IMG/VR virus record: IMGVR_UViG_3300037160_000193
Location: 1 to 53,653 of that record
Source: a virus
Lineage: Duplodnaviria > Caudoviricetes
Reading direction: 5' to 3' (one strand)
DNA length: 53,653 nt
The stretch's first letter is position 1, and each line of letters starts with the position of its first letter. Both the position numbers and the translations under genes were made by a program. Of this stretch, positions 38,846 through 47,601 are shown in pieces. The notes below the pieces were generated by a model. The model saw only the letters and a program-made list of their open reading frames with translations, had not been told where the DNA came from and did not search any database.

Positions 38846-39892
38846 CTACGGCGTGCAGACCGGCTCGACGAACATGCGGATCGGATGCTCGAAGTCTTTT
38901 CTGACCTGGTGGTACTTCGGTTGATAGGTGATCTCCGCTGCCGAGTACTTCATGCCATCCTCTTTTGAAATCTCGGTGCGCTGAAGAGAGAGCTTCGCTC
39001 TCCGGGCATCCACAACGACAAGGTAAGCGCGAGTCTCATGGACGGGAGCCTGTATCCTGTTGGCGTCCATGTAATCAGCCAACTGCTTCGCGCCTTTGTT
39101 GGCGCGCGAATCCGCATAGGTCGCGGAGACCTTCGTGGTGCTCCGGGACTTTCCCAACCATTTGATTTCAATAAGCGCCAGACGATTTGTCATGAACCAC
39201 GTCACCTTGATGTCCACGGGATGGGATTCATCGACGATTTGCTCAGGACGCACCTCCACGCCTCCTGAAAAGGTGATTTTCAGAAACCGCGTTAGAGAGC
39301 GCCGGATAATCGCCTCGGGTCCCGCTTTGAAATAGAGGCGACTAGGCTCATACCAGGCCGTATTCAGAATTTCGCAGGACGACGTGCGGACCATCGTATC
39401 CCGGTACGCTGCGAGAGCTTCTTTCAGGTTGCTGAACGTCGGCAACGCGAAGTTACTCGACCTTCCTGGTATCACCTTGGGAAGGATTTTGGTTTCTCTA
39501 TTCGCATGGAAGCGCTCAGTGCCCCTGTAAAACGAGTAAACGACGGCGAACTGGGAGAGATGCTCTGGATCGGCAGTGAACTGAGGCCAGATGATAAAAA
39601 CGCCACTCGGAGTAACCTGAATCGCGCATGGTCCCGCCACAGTGTTAACAAGCTCATGCAACGAGGCGCATTCAAGTCCCGCATCGGTTATCGGGCGAGC
39701 AGCATCGTCTAGTGTTTGAAAAATGATGATCGTCTCGTCCTGGGCTTCGGCGGCTACGTGTTCATAAAAGCCCTTTATGAAGGTCAGAATTGATCTGACT
39801 GTCGGGCCTGCCTTGGCGCCATGATGCTCAATCACAAACGGCACGAACGCATCTGCGAATACGCTCGCCATAGCGGTTTCGTCGATGTTCAT
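38846..39892 (-). CDS. Putative PD-(D/E)xK nuclease
   Basis: PE...PVDIKV...LIEIKW...KQLADY matches the E-D-ExK-QxxxY pattern. ATG 39892 with GGAG RBS, 2 nt after the upstream stop. Confidence 0.7.
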   Translation of the reverse strand: MNIDETAMASVFADAFVPFVIEHHGAKAGPTVRSILTFIKGFYEHVAAEAQDETIIIFQTLDDAARPITDAGLECASLHELVNTVAGPCAIQVTPSGVFIIWPQFTADPEHLSQFAVVYSFYRGTERFHANRETKILPKVIPGRSSNFALPTFSNLKEALAAYRDTMVRTSSCEILNTAWYEPSRLYFKAGPEAIIRRSLTRFLKITFSGGVEVRPEQIVDESHPVDIKVTWFMTNRLALIEIKWLGKSRSTTKVSATYADSRANKGAKQLADYMDANRIQAPVHETRAYLVVVDARRAKLSLQRTEISKEDGMKYSAAEITYQPKYHQVRKDFEHPIRMFVEPVCTP

Positions 39893-39894
39893 GC

Positions 39895-40518
39895 CTATGT
39901 GGTATCTCCTGAACCCGCGGCAATTAGATCGTCTTGCATTTCCGAAGCGCGCCACAGATAACCAAGCCAGACTGTCGCCGGAATCAGCAGATCCTTGTGT
40001 TCGACGCCGACGGTGTGTCCTAGCGCCGCGAACTGGTCATAGAGCCGCGGCAGATACGGACCGTCGAGGAGGGGGCGCGTTGTCGCCAGACGGCTTGTAG
40101 GCTTTAGCGTGGGTTCCTGAGTGAGCGCGTGCCGGATCACGCCAACTGGCATAGTCAAGCTGCTTGAGCAAGCAGGCTCAAGGTACGTAGCGCGTTCGCG
40201 ATTTTGGAACAGTTCCTGGAATGTCGACAGTTCTGCCCGCCCGCTGTCCGTGATGCCGATGTCTCCTTCCGAAACGTGAAGATACCCGGTCGATGCCATC
40301 GCGCGCACGGCCCCCTCGATTTCCGGGCTGAATGGCGACCCGTCTCGTGTGCCTGCGAAGCCGTATCCCCAATCGGACACCGGCTGGCCGCGATAGAGCG
40401 ACAGGAGACATGCCAGATAGGCGAACGCGTGAATTTCGGCTACGACTGGGCGACGGATGTTCGTGCCCAGCGCGGCAGAAATGTACAAGCTGTCGAACGC
40501 AGCGTAAGGGTTAACCAT
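39895..40518 (-). CDS. Small hypothetical protein, winged-helix-like (possible ABC-3C middle component)
   Basis: GSPFSPEIEGAVRAMASTGYL...ITDSGR looks like a wHTH. Start overlaps the ATPase stop by 8 nt. Confidence 0.6.
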   Translation of the reverse strand: MVNPYAAFDSLYISAALGTNIRRPVVAEIHAFAYLACLLSLYRGQPVSDWGYGFAGTRDGSPFSPEIEGAVRAMASTGYLHVSEGDIGITDSGRAELSTFQELFQNRERATYLEPACSSSLTMPVGVIRHALTQEPTLKPTSRLATTRPLLDGPYLPRLYDQFAALGHTVGVEHKDLLIPATVWLGYLWRASEMQDDLIAAGSGDTT

Positions 40519-42532
40519 TCTTCTTGCGGGGTCCTGGCCGCTTTGCCTTCGCCAAGGCTTTCTCTATCTGTTGGAAGGCTTCATCGAAAAGATCCTCTTC
40601 TTCCATCTGCACGTCCGACAAATCGGTCCACGTAGTCATTCTGCAGAGGTTCATCATCTGATTGCCGCACTGCTCGGCGAGAGAGAGGAGGAGACGCGAG
40701 GTATTAATGTTCGCCGTCATGATGATGCCGAATCCATCATGGACAAATCGTGCGAACATGTCGCCGGCCCTGCTCTCGTAGGCGATATCGAGCGAGCCTT
40801 CAGGCGTGTCAACGAAGAAACTCCCTTTGCTTGCCGGGTCAGACATGTACTTAATGAGGGCCATTCTCAGCGCCATGTCGATGAAAAAGCGTTGACTTTC
40901 CGAAAGTTGATGAAACTGGCGTCGGGCCGTGCTCTTCACTTCAAGCAAAATCGTCACTCCGATCGTCTGGCGGCTCTCAAGACGAATATCAAGATCGAGG
41001 CCCAGAAACCGGTGGGCCAAATCGGTGAAGCTGGGAACGAACTCCGCTTCGGCCTGGTCGTATCGATCCACGAGACCTTTCTGGAGGACGGCGAGTTCCT
41101 TCCGGCTCTCGTTACGCTTCTCGTATTGAGCACGCTTTTTATCGAGTAGCTCCTCGATCTGGATTCGGTATCGCTTGATGGCGGAATCGACATTTTCAGT
41201 TTGTTTGGATCGTACGAACGCCTCAAGCGCCTGCGAGTTCTCCGCTTCAAACGCGATAAGCGCGGTCCGAGCCGCACCCAATTTCACCGAGGCGTCAGCG
41301 GCATCCTTTTGAAGGCGATCCCTCTGTTTCACCGCGTCCGACAGGGCAGATCGTATGGTCGAGATCTGCTGGTCGAGGGCTTGGATGGCTTTAACATCCT
41401 TGGTCTGGGCCGGCGCTATGGCCTGCTCGCACATGGGACATTGGTGTTTACTCAGCTTGCGTTGAATGGACGCTCTGACGGCCGCACCTTCCGAGCCACA
41501 AACCTCGCACTTGCTGCCGGCTAGTGACATCGCGACCACGGGACTCTGCTCTACCGCTGATTGTGTTTGGAATCTCCTCGAAAACTCAATTTCGTAATCG
41601 GTTCGCAGTGATGCTTGCCGAGCACTTAGGTCAGAGATCTTTAGGAGCACGTCCTTAACGGCATTCTCTGCCATCTGCGCCTTGAGCTCGAGTCCGTCGG
41701 TGCGTTCTACGAGCTTTACATGCGTTCTGCGAAGGTCTTCTGAATCGGCGCCTGAACTCTTACCACCCAAAGCCTTCTGGAGGTCGTCGAGCTTCTTTCT
41801 CAGCTCCGTTGCTTGCCAGTTGGCGTTGCGGGCAAGCGAATCCGCCTTGTCAGCCTCGCGCCTTACTTCATCGGCACGCTCTGCGTCTTGCTGATCGACA
41901 CCGAACGCGATGTACAGCACTCGTTCCAGAATTTTCTCATCCCAGAAGAGCAGGTGGCGGCGTTCATCGAACGTAAATACGAAATGCTGAAGAAAGACAT
42001 ACTGTTCAAAGGAATGCAGCCCGATATCAGTGGCCAGGTTGGTGGTGTAGATATCGTGCAAATCCCGAGCCTTAATGTTCTTCGTTCTTACGAGCGATGT
42101 TCCGTCTTCGCCGATGATTTCCAGGCCTCTTAATTCTTCCGCTTCGAACATTCCGCGGGTGATGCGGTAGATGTGTTTGCCCACTGTCATTTCTAGGGTG
42201 GCTTCCGCGGAGTCCCGATCATGCTCCTCGATGCGGCCATCGAAGAAATCAGCGGAGAATGGCTCTGTGTGACGGTAGTACTCACCGATCGACAGAAAAG
42301 TGCGATTTGGGTCTGATACGCGGCCTGTAAGAGCAAAATTGAGGGCGGCGAGGAATGTTGACTTTCCGAGACCGTTAGCGCCGGCCAAACAAAACACTCC
42401 ACGGTCGAACGTGACATCGACGAGTGGCTGCGTAGAGTAGAGAGTGAAGTTTCTCAGCTGCAGTGTGCGAACCCGTGGAAGATTTAATCGCGGACGCGCT
42501 GGCGGTCCAACCTTCTTTGCAAGATTAGGCAA
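40511..42532 (-). CDS. SMC/Rad50-like ABC ATPase with coiled coil and two CxxC motifs
   Basis: LRNF, Walker A GANGLGKS, coiled coils around CEVC and CPMC, signature LSESQR, Walker B/D-loop FFVDTPEGSLD. Confidence 0.9.
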   Translation of the reverse strand: MPNLAKKVGPPARPRLNLPRVRTLQLRNFTLYSTQPLVDVTFDRGVFCLAGANGLGKSTFLAALNFALTGRVSDPNRTFLSIGEYYRHTEPFSADFFDGRIEEHDRDSAEATLEMTVGKHIYRITRGMFEAEELRGLEIIGEDGTSLVRTKNIKARDLHDIYTTNLATDIGLHSFEQYVFLQHFVFTFDERRHLLFWDEKILERVLYIAFGVDQQDAERADEVRREADKADSLARNANWQATELRKKLDDLQKALGGKSSGADSEDLRRTHVKLVERTDGLELKAQMAENAVKDVLLKISDLSARQASLRTDYEIEFSRRFQTQSAVEQSPVVAMSLAGSKCEVCGSEGAAVRASIQRKLSKHQCPMCEQAIAPAQTKDVKAIQALDQQISTIRSALSDAVKQRDRLQKDAADASVKLGAARTALIAFEAENSQALEAFVRSKQTENVDSAIKRYRIQIEELLDKKRAQYEKRNESRKELAVLQKGLVDRYDQAEAEFVPSFTDLAHRFLGLDLDIRLESRQTIGVTILLEVKSTARRQFHQLSESQRFFIDMALRMALIKYMSDPASKGSFFVDTPEGSLDIAYESRAGDMFARFVHDGFGIIMTANINTSRLLLSLAEQCGNQMMNLCRMTTWTDLSDVQMEEEDLFDEAFQQIEKALAKAKRPGPRKKNG

Positions 42533-42987
42533 CGATAGCCTCTTCCGGCTGCGCGAGGCCGTTAGCGAGATCGAAAGGCGTGCGCATTTGGCGGCTTCTT
42601 GTGAGTTGTGTCGCCATGTGGTTCGGCATTAGATTTAATCACTTGGACCGCTCAACCGTTCGTGACACGGCGAAAATCATTGCAGCGCAGATATGTTCCG
42701 GGAAAGACCACAGAGCGCTAACGCTTCATACTATCAGATATCTGCCGGCGGGGCCGGCGATGCAATGCCTACTTTTGAAACGACTTCCATCGCTGAATGC
42801 TCGCTTTCGCATTCGGCGCGCCCGTAAACGTGAGGCGTGTTCGTCGTCCACTCCACACCATCCTGAAAGTGCTGTTTCCTGGACCGGTTGGGGATGCTAA
42901 CGGGCGGCCAGCCAAGCTGGAGTCGGTGTCGGTCCTGGACATCGGGTCGGGCAAACCACAACAGCCCGAACAACCTTGTGTCGGCGC

Positions 42988-43437
42988 TCACCTCCCCCGC
43001 CGAGCCGCAATGCCTTCCGAACCCATGGTGGTCGAGGGGTTGCCGAGCAGCTCGGTCCAGAGCCTTCGCTGTTCGCTCCAGCCGACGACCGCTGTTACCT
43101 GGCGGAGGCAGCGCTCGGGTACGTTGGCCTGGGCAACGAGAGCCGACGCGGTCAGAAGCACCTCTTGAAGATCCGGTGCGAGGTTGAGCATGTTCATGAT
43201 TTGGGTGATTCGCGCCCGCGTGACGAAGCCGAGCCGGGCGAGGTCGGCGTAGTCGCGCACCTCGCCACGGTCGACCATGTCTTGAAACTTGACTGCGAGC
43301 GCCATCAGGCGCGCGAATCGCGGAACGCGCGGCGGTTCAGGCAACTTGGGACCGGTGTTCCGACGTTGACCGCCTTTGCGGCTTGTCGCCGGGGCGATGC
43401 TGACTTCGATCTGCAGCGTCCCATTGAGGCCGCTCAT
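42988..43437 (-). CDS. Recombinase-associated HTH protein
   Basis: DYADLARLGFVTRARITQIMNMLNLAPDLQE (ParB/KorB-like HTH). ATGA overlap with the recombinase. Confidence 0.75.
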   Translation of the reverse strand: MSGLNGTLQIEVSIAPATSRKGGQRRNTGPKLPEPPRVPRFARLMALAVKFQDMVDRGEVRDYADLARLGFVTRARITQIMNMLNLAPDLQEVLLTASALVAQANVPERCLRQVTAVVGWSEQRRLWTELLGNPSTTMGSEGIAARRGR

Positions 43438-44972
43438 CGTACTGCCTCCTTCTGAACCAGTTCCTTCACCTCAGCCGATTTGAAACTGACCGTGACCTTG
43501 CCGGTCCGCCCGTCGTAACCGACCTTCTCAACCAGTTGGCGCAGCAGGGTTCGCTGCTCTTCCAAGCTCATGGTCTTCCATACCTCCTCGAAGGAATCCA
43601 TTGCTCGCCGCAATTCCTTTTCATCGATCCGCTGCTTTTCCCGGCGCAGAATCTCCTTGCGAAGCCCCTCTGCGCGCGCTTCCCCTGCTGCGAGTTGCTC
43701 CCGGATCTCGGCCAACCGAGCAGCCTCCGGGTTTCGGAGCCGGGCGACCTGAGACTTCAGATTCTTAACGCGACCGTTTGTGGTGTTCAATTCCCCGCGC
43801 AGGCCTGTGACGATCTCCGCGAGCCGCTGACGCGCCGCGACCGCTGTCTCGGCGAGCACGTCAGGGTGGACGCCCACGCGCCGGATGCTCTCGACGACCG
43901 CATCCTCGACCAAGGGTGCGGATACCGACCGTGACGTGCAGTAGCCCTCGATCTTTTGCTGCGACCGGTAGCACACGTAGTAGCGGTAGCGGCGCTCCTT
44001 GTTGGCTGAGTACGTGGAGTACATGCCCGAGCCGCAGCATGAGCAGTAGATCATCCCGCGCAGCAGCACGTCCATCTTTATGCGGTGCGGGTTGCCGGAC
44101 TTCCACGTGTTGTCCTTGAGCTTCACCTGGGCGAGTTCGAAGGTCGGCTGGTCGATGATGGCCTCGTGTTCTCCAGGGAAGACTTCGTCGCCGACCTTTA
44201 CCTGGCCGGTATAGAGGACGTTGCCGAGCAGTTCATAGATGTGGCACCGCCGTAGGGGGCTGCCTCCATAGAGCTTGCCGTCCTGCGTGGTCCATTGTTT
44301 GTTTCGCCAGCCCCGTTTGTCGAACCGCTGGACAATCTCTATGACTGGCGTGCCTTCCAAATAGAGGCGGAACATCTCCCGGATTCTCTCGGCCTCCTCG
44401 GCGTTGACGGCCAATTTCCCGGCGCGCGAGTCCAAATCGTAGCCGAGCAGAATGTGCCCACCGGTCCACTTGCCCCTCTTCCGCGCGGCGACCTGCTTGT
44501 CGCGGGTGCGTTCCGAGATGATCTCGCGTTCGAACTGCGCAAAGGACAGCAGGATGTTCAGCGTCAGCCGGCCCAACGACGACTTCGTGTTGAACTGTTG
44601 CGTGACGGAGACGAAGCAGACGCCGCGCTTCTCGAACAGCTCCATCATTCTCGCGAAGTCGATCAACGAACGGCTGAGGCGGTCGACCTTGTAGACAACC
44701 ACGCAGTCGATCTTGCCGGCCTCGATGTCACCGAGCAGTTGCCGCACGCCGGGCCGCTCGATGTTGGCGCCGGTGTACCCGCCGTCGCTGTATTGGGTCG
44801 GCACCAGGGTCCAGCCGTCGTGCTTCTGGCTGACGATGTAAGCCTCGCCTGCCTCTCGCTGGGCGTCTAGCGAGTTGAATTCCTGGTTAAGGCCTTCTTC
44901 CGTCGATTTGCGCGTGTAGATCGCGCACCGGACGGGTTTTGGCGCGGGCGTTCCGTTACTGGTGGCTGCCAT
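43434..44972 (-). CDS. Large serine recombinase (resolvase + recombinase + Zn ribbon)
   Basis: CAIYTRKS catalytic Ser motif, VYKVDRLSRS, FAQFERE, CSCCG...YYVC zinc ribbon. Confidence 0.95.
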   Translation of the reverse strand: MAATSNGTPAPKPVRCAIYTRKSTEEGLNQEFNSLDAQREAGEAYIVSQKHDGWTLVPTQYSDGGYTGANIERPGVRQLLGDIEAGKIDCVVVYKVDRLSRSLIDFARMMELFEKRGVCFVSVTQQFNTKSSLGRLTLNILLSFAQFEREIISERTRDKQVAARKRGKWTGGHILLGYDLDSRAGKLAVNAEEAERIREMFRLYLEGTPVIEIVQRFDKRGWRNKQWTTQDGKLYGGSPLRRCHIYELLGNVLYTGQVKVGDEVFPGEHEAIIDQPTFELAQVKLKDNTWKSGNPHRIKMDVLLRGMIYCSCCGSGMYSTYSANKERRYRYYVCYRSQQKIEGYCTSRSVSAPLVEDAVVESIRRVGVHPDVLAETAVAARQRLAEIVTGLRGELNTTNGRVKNLKSQVARLRNPEAARLAEIREQLAAGEARAEGLRKEILRREKQRIDEKELRRAMDSFEEVWKTMSLEEQRTLLRQLVEKVGYDGRTGKVTVSFKSAEVKELVQKEAVR

Positions 44973-45489
44973 GTTTCCTCCCCGGCTTGCCGCCGAGCCC
45001 GAAGAACGCGAACCCGTTCCAGGGCGTACCCGTCGCCTCGCGCACAGCGGAACTCAAGGAACGGTGGATGTTCCCGCCATACTCGAAGCCGTCTTCCCGG
45101 ACGCGAACGACGATGTCCTTGCCTCGATAGCGGCGCACCAGCATGGTGCCGGGAATCGGCAGCCGCGGGTCCTCGGTTGGCGCGACACGCGTCTCGATTG
45201 TTCGGCTCTCGTCCAGTTCCACTTTCAGGAAATTCCTCGGCGCACGAATCCGGAGGTCTGCGTCATCGGCGATCTCCAGTGCGCGGCGGCGCGCGCGTTC
45301 CGAGAGGCCGCCCCACGCGTTCGCTTGCATCCGCCAGGCGATGCGGCGGAAGAGGAACTGTTTATGGTTCGAGCGGCTCGCTTCACCGAAGACTTCGCCG
45401 TACTTCTGCTTCAGTTGCCCGACCGTCATGTGGCGCAAGGCCTCAATTCCCTCGCGCATGGCGGTCGAGCTAACTATCTCTTTCCTCAT
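44956..45489 (-). CDS. DUF2924-domain protein
   Basis: FLFRRIAWRMQ..AWGGLS, PGTMLVRRYRG and SLSSAVREATGTPWNGFAFFGL motifs. Adjacent to the serine recombinase. Confidence 0.9.
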   Translation of the reverse strand: MRKEIVSSTAMREGIEALRHMTVGQLKQKYGEVFGEASRSNHKQFLFRRIAWRMQANAWGGLSERARRRALEIADDADLRIRAPRNFLKVELDESRTIETRVAPTEDPRLPIPGTMLVRRYRGKDIVVRVREDGFEYGGNIHRSLSSAVREATGTPWNGFAFFGLGGKPGRKHGSHQ

Positions 45490-45644
45490 ATAGTTAACCC
45501 TCCGTCACATGACTCACTCTTCGTCTCGGAACAGTCAACTACTGGTGGTAGCGGCTCCGGGAACCGAAGCCGCAGGTAGGCGATGGCGAGGACGGCGGCG
45601 ATTTCGCGGATTGGTCCGGTGCGATCAGGGTCGCGGTCGTTCAT
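45486..45644 (-). CDS. Small hypothetical protein (52 aa) coupled to DUF2924
   Basis: Read manually: AAGGAG RBS, MNDRDPDRTGPIREIAAVLAIAYLRLRF..., and a stop that overlaps the DUF2924 ATG (ATGA). Confidence 0.55.
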   Translation of the reverse strand: MNDRDPDRTGPIREIAAVLAIAYLRLRFPEPLPPVVDCSETKSESCDGGLTI

Positions 45645-45840
45645 GAGCGGTCTCCTTAGAGGCCACCCACGACGATGTCCGCTGTGCGGTCGAGCGCCGT
45701 CTGGTGGGATAATCGACGCGGGTCGTTTCCGCGTCCGTTAACTATATACGCAGTGATTGTGGAAAGTGTCTCACTTGGCGGGCCGATTTCCATGGACTAC
45801 GGTCGATCCGCTACAATCGCTAGCGATTCTTCCGGCGGCG

Positions 45841-46572
45841 ATGGCAAAGGAATCCAAACTCGTTCGAGCAAGCAACACAACGCGAACGTGGCTGCGGAGG
45901 CTCCACGAACGGATTCCAACGCTGGACTACACCGAAGCGAAGTATTGGGCGACGTTCAAGGCAGGCTCAGCCGGGGCCGTTGCTCAACTGAATCCATCGC
46001 ACGTGGGTATTCGAGCCTTCCTGACACTGGATTCCGGCGCCGGACCAGATCTCAAGCCGAGTCCATCAACACGGAGTTGGGCCGCGCGGTTCCCGTCGGT
46101 CTTCCAGATCGCGGGAGAAGAGGACCTGACAAGAGCCGGCCAACTGATCCTCATGTCGGCTGACACTGCGCGTGCACGAGCCAAGAACCCCTACACCCGG
46201 CGCTCCGATCAGCTTTCGGCTGACGAAGTCGAAGGCGGAACTGCATACCAGGAGGGGGCAGTACGCCAGGTTACCGTGAACGCCTATGAGCGCAATCAGG
46301 AAGCTCGCGAGGAGTGTTTACGGCACCACGGGCGGAGTTGCATCATTTGTGGGTTCAACTTCATGGAAGCGTACGGAGCCGAAGCCGCCGATTACATTCA
46401 GGTCCACCATATCAAGCCGATAGCACGCGCGGGTGGCTCCTACGTTTTAGATCCGATCAAGGACTTGCGCCCGGTCTGTCCGAATTGCCATGCCGTGATT
46501 CACCGCAGAGATCCACCCTTTGAAATCGCGGAGGTCAAGAGAATGCTGCGCCGGACCGCGGCCGGACGCTAA
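45841..46572 (+). CDS. McrA-like HNH endonuclease
   Basis: EG......NAYERNQEARE.C...HG..C..CGFNF...YG......IQVHH..P......DL.PVCPNCH..IH. Start uncertain (45757 GTG or 45841 ATG). Confidence 0.85.
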   Translation: MAKESKLVRASNTTRTWLRRLHERIPTLDYTEAKYWATFKAGSAGAVAQLNPSHVGIRAFLTLDSGAGPDLKPSPSTRSWAARFPSVFQIAGEEDLTRAGQLILMSADTARARAKNPYTRRSDQLSADEVEGGTAYQEGAVRQVTVNAYERNQEAREECLRHHGRSCIICGFNFMEAYGAEAADYIQVHHIKPIARAGGSYVLDPIKDLRPVCPNCHAVIHRRDPPFEIAEVKRMLRRTAAGR

Positions 46573-46865
46573 GGCCGTGGCGGACGTTCGGACCTGCCCA
46601 ACAGGCTACCATCGCCTTCGGCGTGGAAGATGTCTCATTCGGGGTCGGCGACCGCGCGCGTGCGTTAACAAACGCCGGAAGAGGGAACCAGAGACGCAGA
46701 GAACGGGACCCGGGCAGAGTGGAACCAGGAGGGAATTGGGGGGCCAGCCGTGGCGGGCTCAAACGGAGAGACGACCGGAGACGCGAAGTTCTACGAAAGA
46801 CTACGCGGACGCGCAGGACGATGCCGTCAACAAACGGGCACGCAAATCAATGGAGGGAAAGGAAT

Positions 46866-46912
46866 TGGCTCCCCAAACAGAATTCGGACAGGCAACCTTT
46901 CGGTTAACAGGC
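46866..46912 (-). other. Degenerate tRNA-Asn(GTT) 3' fragment (att scar)
   Basis: Reverse complement reads CTGTTAACCG...CCGAAT...GGGGAGCCA: anticodon loop, decayed T arm, acceptor 3' strand plus CCA. No 5' half. Confidence 0.65.
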
Positions 46913-46937
46913 TAGTCTATTTCGTCGTCGGATCATT

Positions 46938-46983
46938 TGGTGGCAAACGGGATTCGAATCAACACCCGTTCGGTTAACACCCG
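46938..46983 (-). other. Second degenerate tRNA-Asn-like 3' fragment
   Basis: Reverse complement reads CGGGTGTTAACCGAAC...GATTCGAATCCC...GCCACCA. Confidence 0.5.
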
Positions 46984-47261
46984 ATCTGATGCAGTCCGGA
47001 ACACTTCGCCGCTAAGAAAAACTGCCGGAGAAAGCCTTCGCTGGCGTACTCAAGGGCAAGAAGCCGCCGCAGCCAGAGCCGGGCTTCGAATGGAGAGTGC
47101 CTATCACCAGTCGTTCTCCACCAGAGGCACTATGCGGGCTCACCGACCTCAAGCCGCTGCGGCCTCTGAAAATCTGTTGCATGTGACAAATCGACTGTAC
47201 AAAGAAGCCATTTTTGTCCGAACCCCGTGGGCGCGTTGCAATAAAACCAATAACTTCCAAT

Positions 47262-47305
47262 GCTGTCAATACCGTACTCTGATCCGAGTCATACCTGAGG
47301 AGCCA
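47262..47305 (+). other. Degenerate tRNA-Asn-like 3' fragment next to the integrase remnant (att scar)
   Basis: GCTGTCAATACCG...GATCCGAGTCATACCTGAGGAGCCA, followed by AATAAATCAATAGCTTA. Confidence 0.55.
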
Positions 47306-47361
47306 AATAAATCAATAGCTTACAGAAGCTACCGTCAATTAAAGGCTTTCACTTTAGCGGA

Positions 47362-47601
47362 TTATTTAGCAGCCCCAAATGAGTTTTGACCCGTTTCCGT
47401 TTGCGTCCCCTCTCCAGTCGCTGGCTTCGTCGCTAATGCATTTACAGCACGCCGCTTGGCTTCCATGCGGATGTGGGAGTAGTGCTTGAGCATCTGCTTG
47501 GACACGTGGCCGGCGATGTCCCGGATGGTTTCGTCGCTGGCCTCACCGCTCTCGGCCAGGTCCGTGATAAACGTGTGGCGGTTGTCGTGCCAACGGCCCG
47601 T
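47362..47601 (-). pseudogene. Tyrosine integrase C-terminal remnant
   Basis: Manual translation: GRWHDNRHTFITDLAESGEASDETIRDIAGHVSKQMLKHYSHIRMEAKRRAV (HxxR, GH, catalytic Y). 5' part absent. Confidence 0.85.

Larger units (their letters stand above)
1..46983 (-). mobile_element. Lambda-like siphoviral prophage with serine recombinase/DUF2924 module (left end beyond window)
   Basis: Complete syntenic terminase-portal-capsid-tail block on the minus strand, replication and recombinase modules, and tRNA-fragment scars at 46.87-46.98 kb. The right boundary is approximate. Confidence 0.9.

Noticed and set aside
4253-42532. Dnd phosphorothioation system (DGQH protein as DndB, SMC ATPase as DndD)
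   Set aside because: The two genes are about 35 kb apart, and no cysteine desulfurase, PAPS-reductase-like DndC or DndE is present.
37558-42532. Wadjet (JetABCD) or canonical Lamassu call
   Set aside because: The ATPase is much shorter than JetC and has CxxC motifs rather than a hinge, there is no TOPRIM JetD, and the gene order and linked MTase differ from LmuACB. Kept only as analogies.
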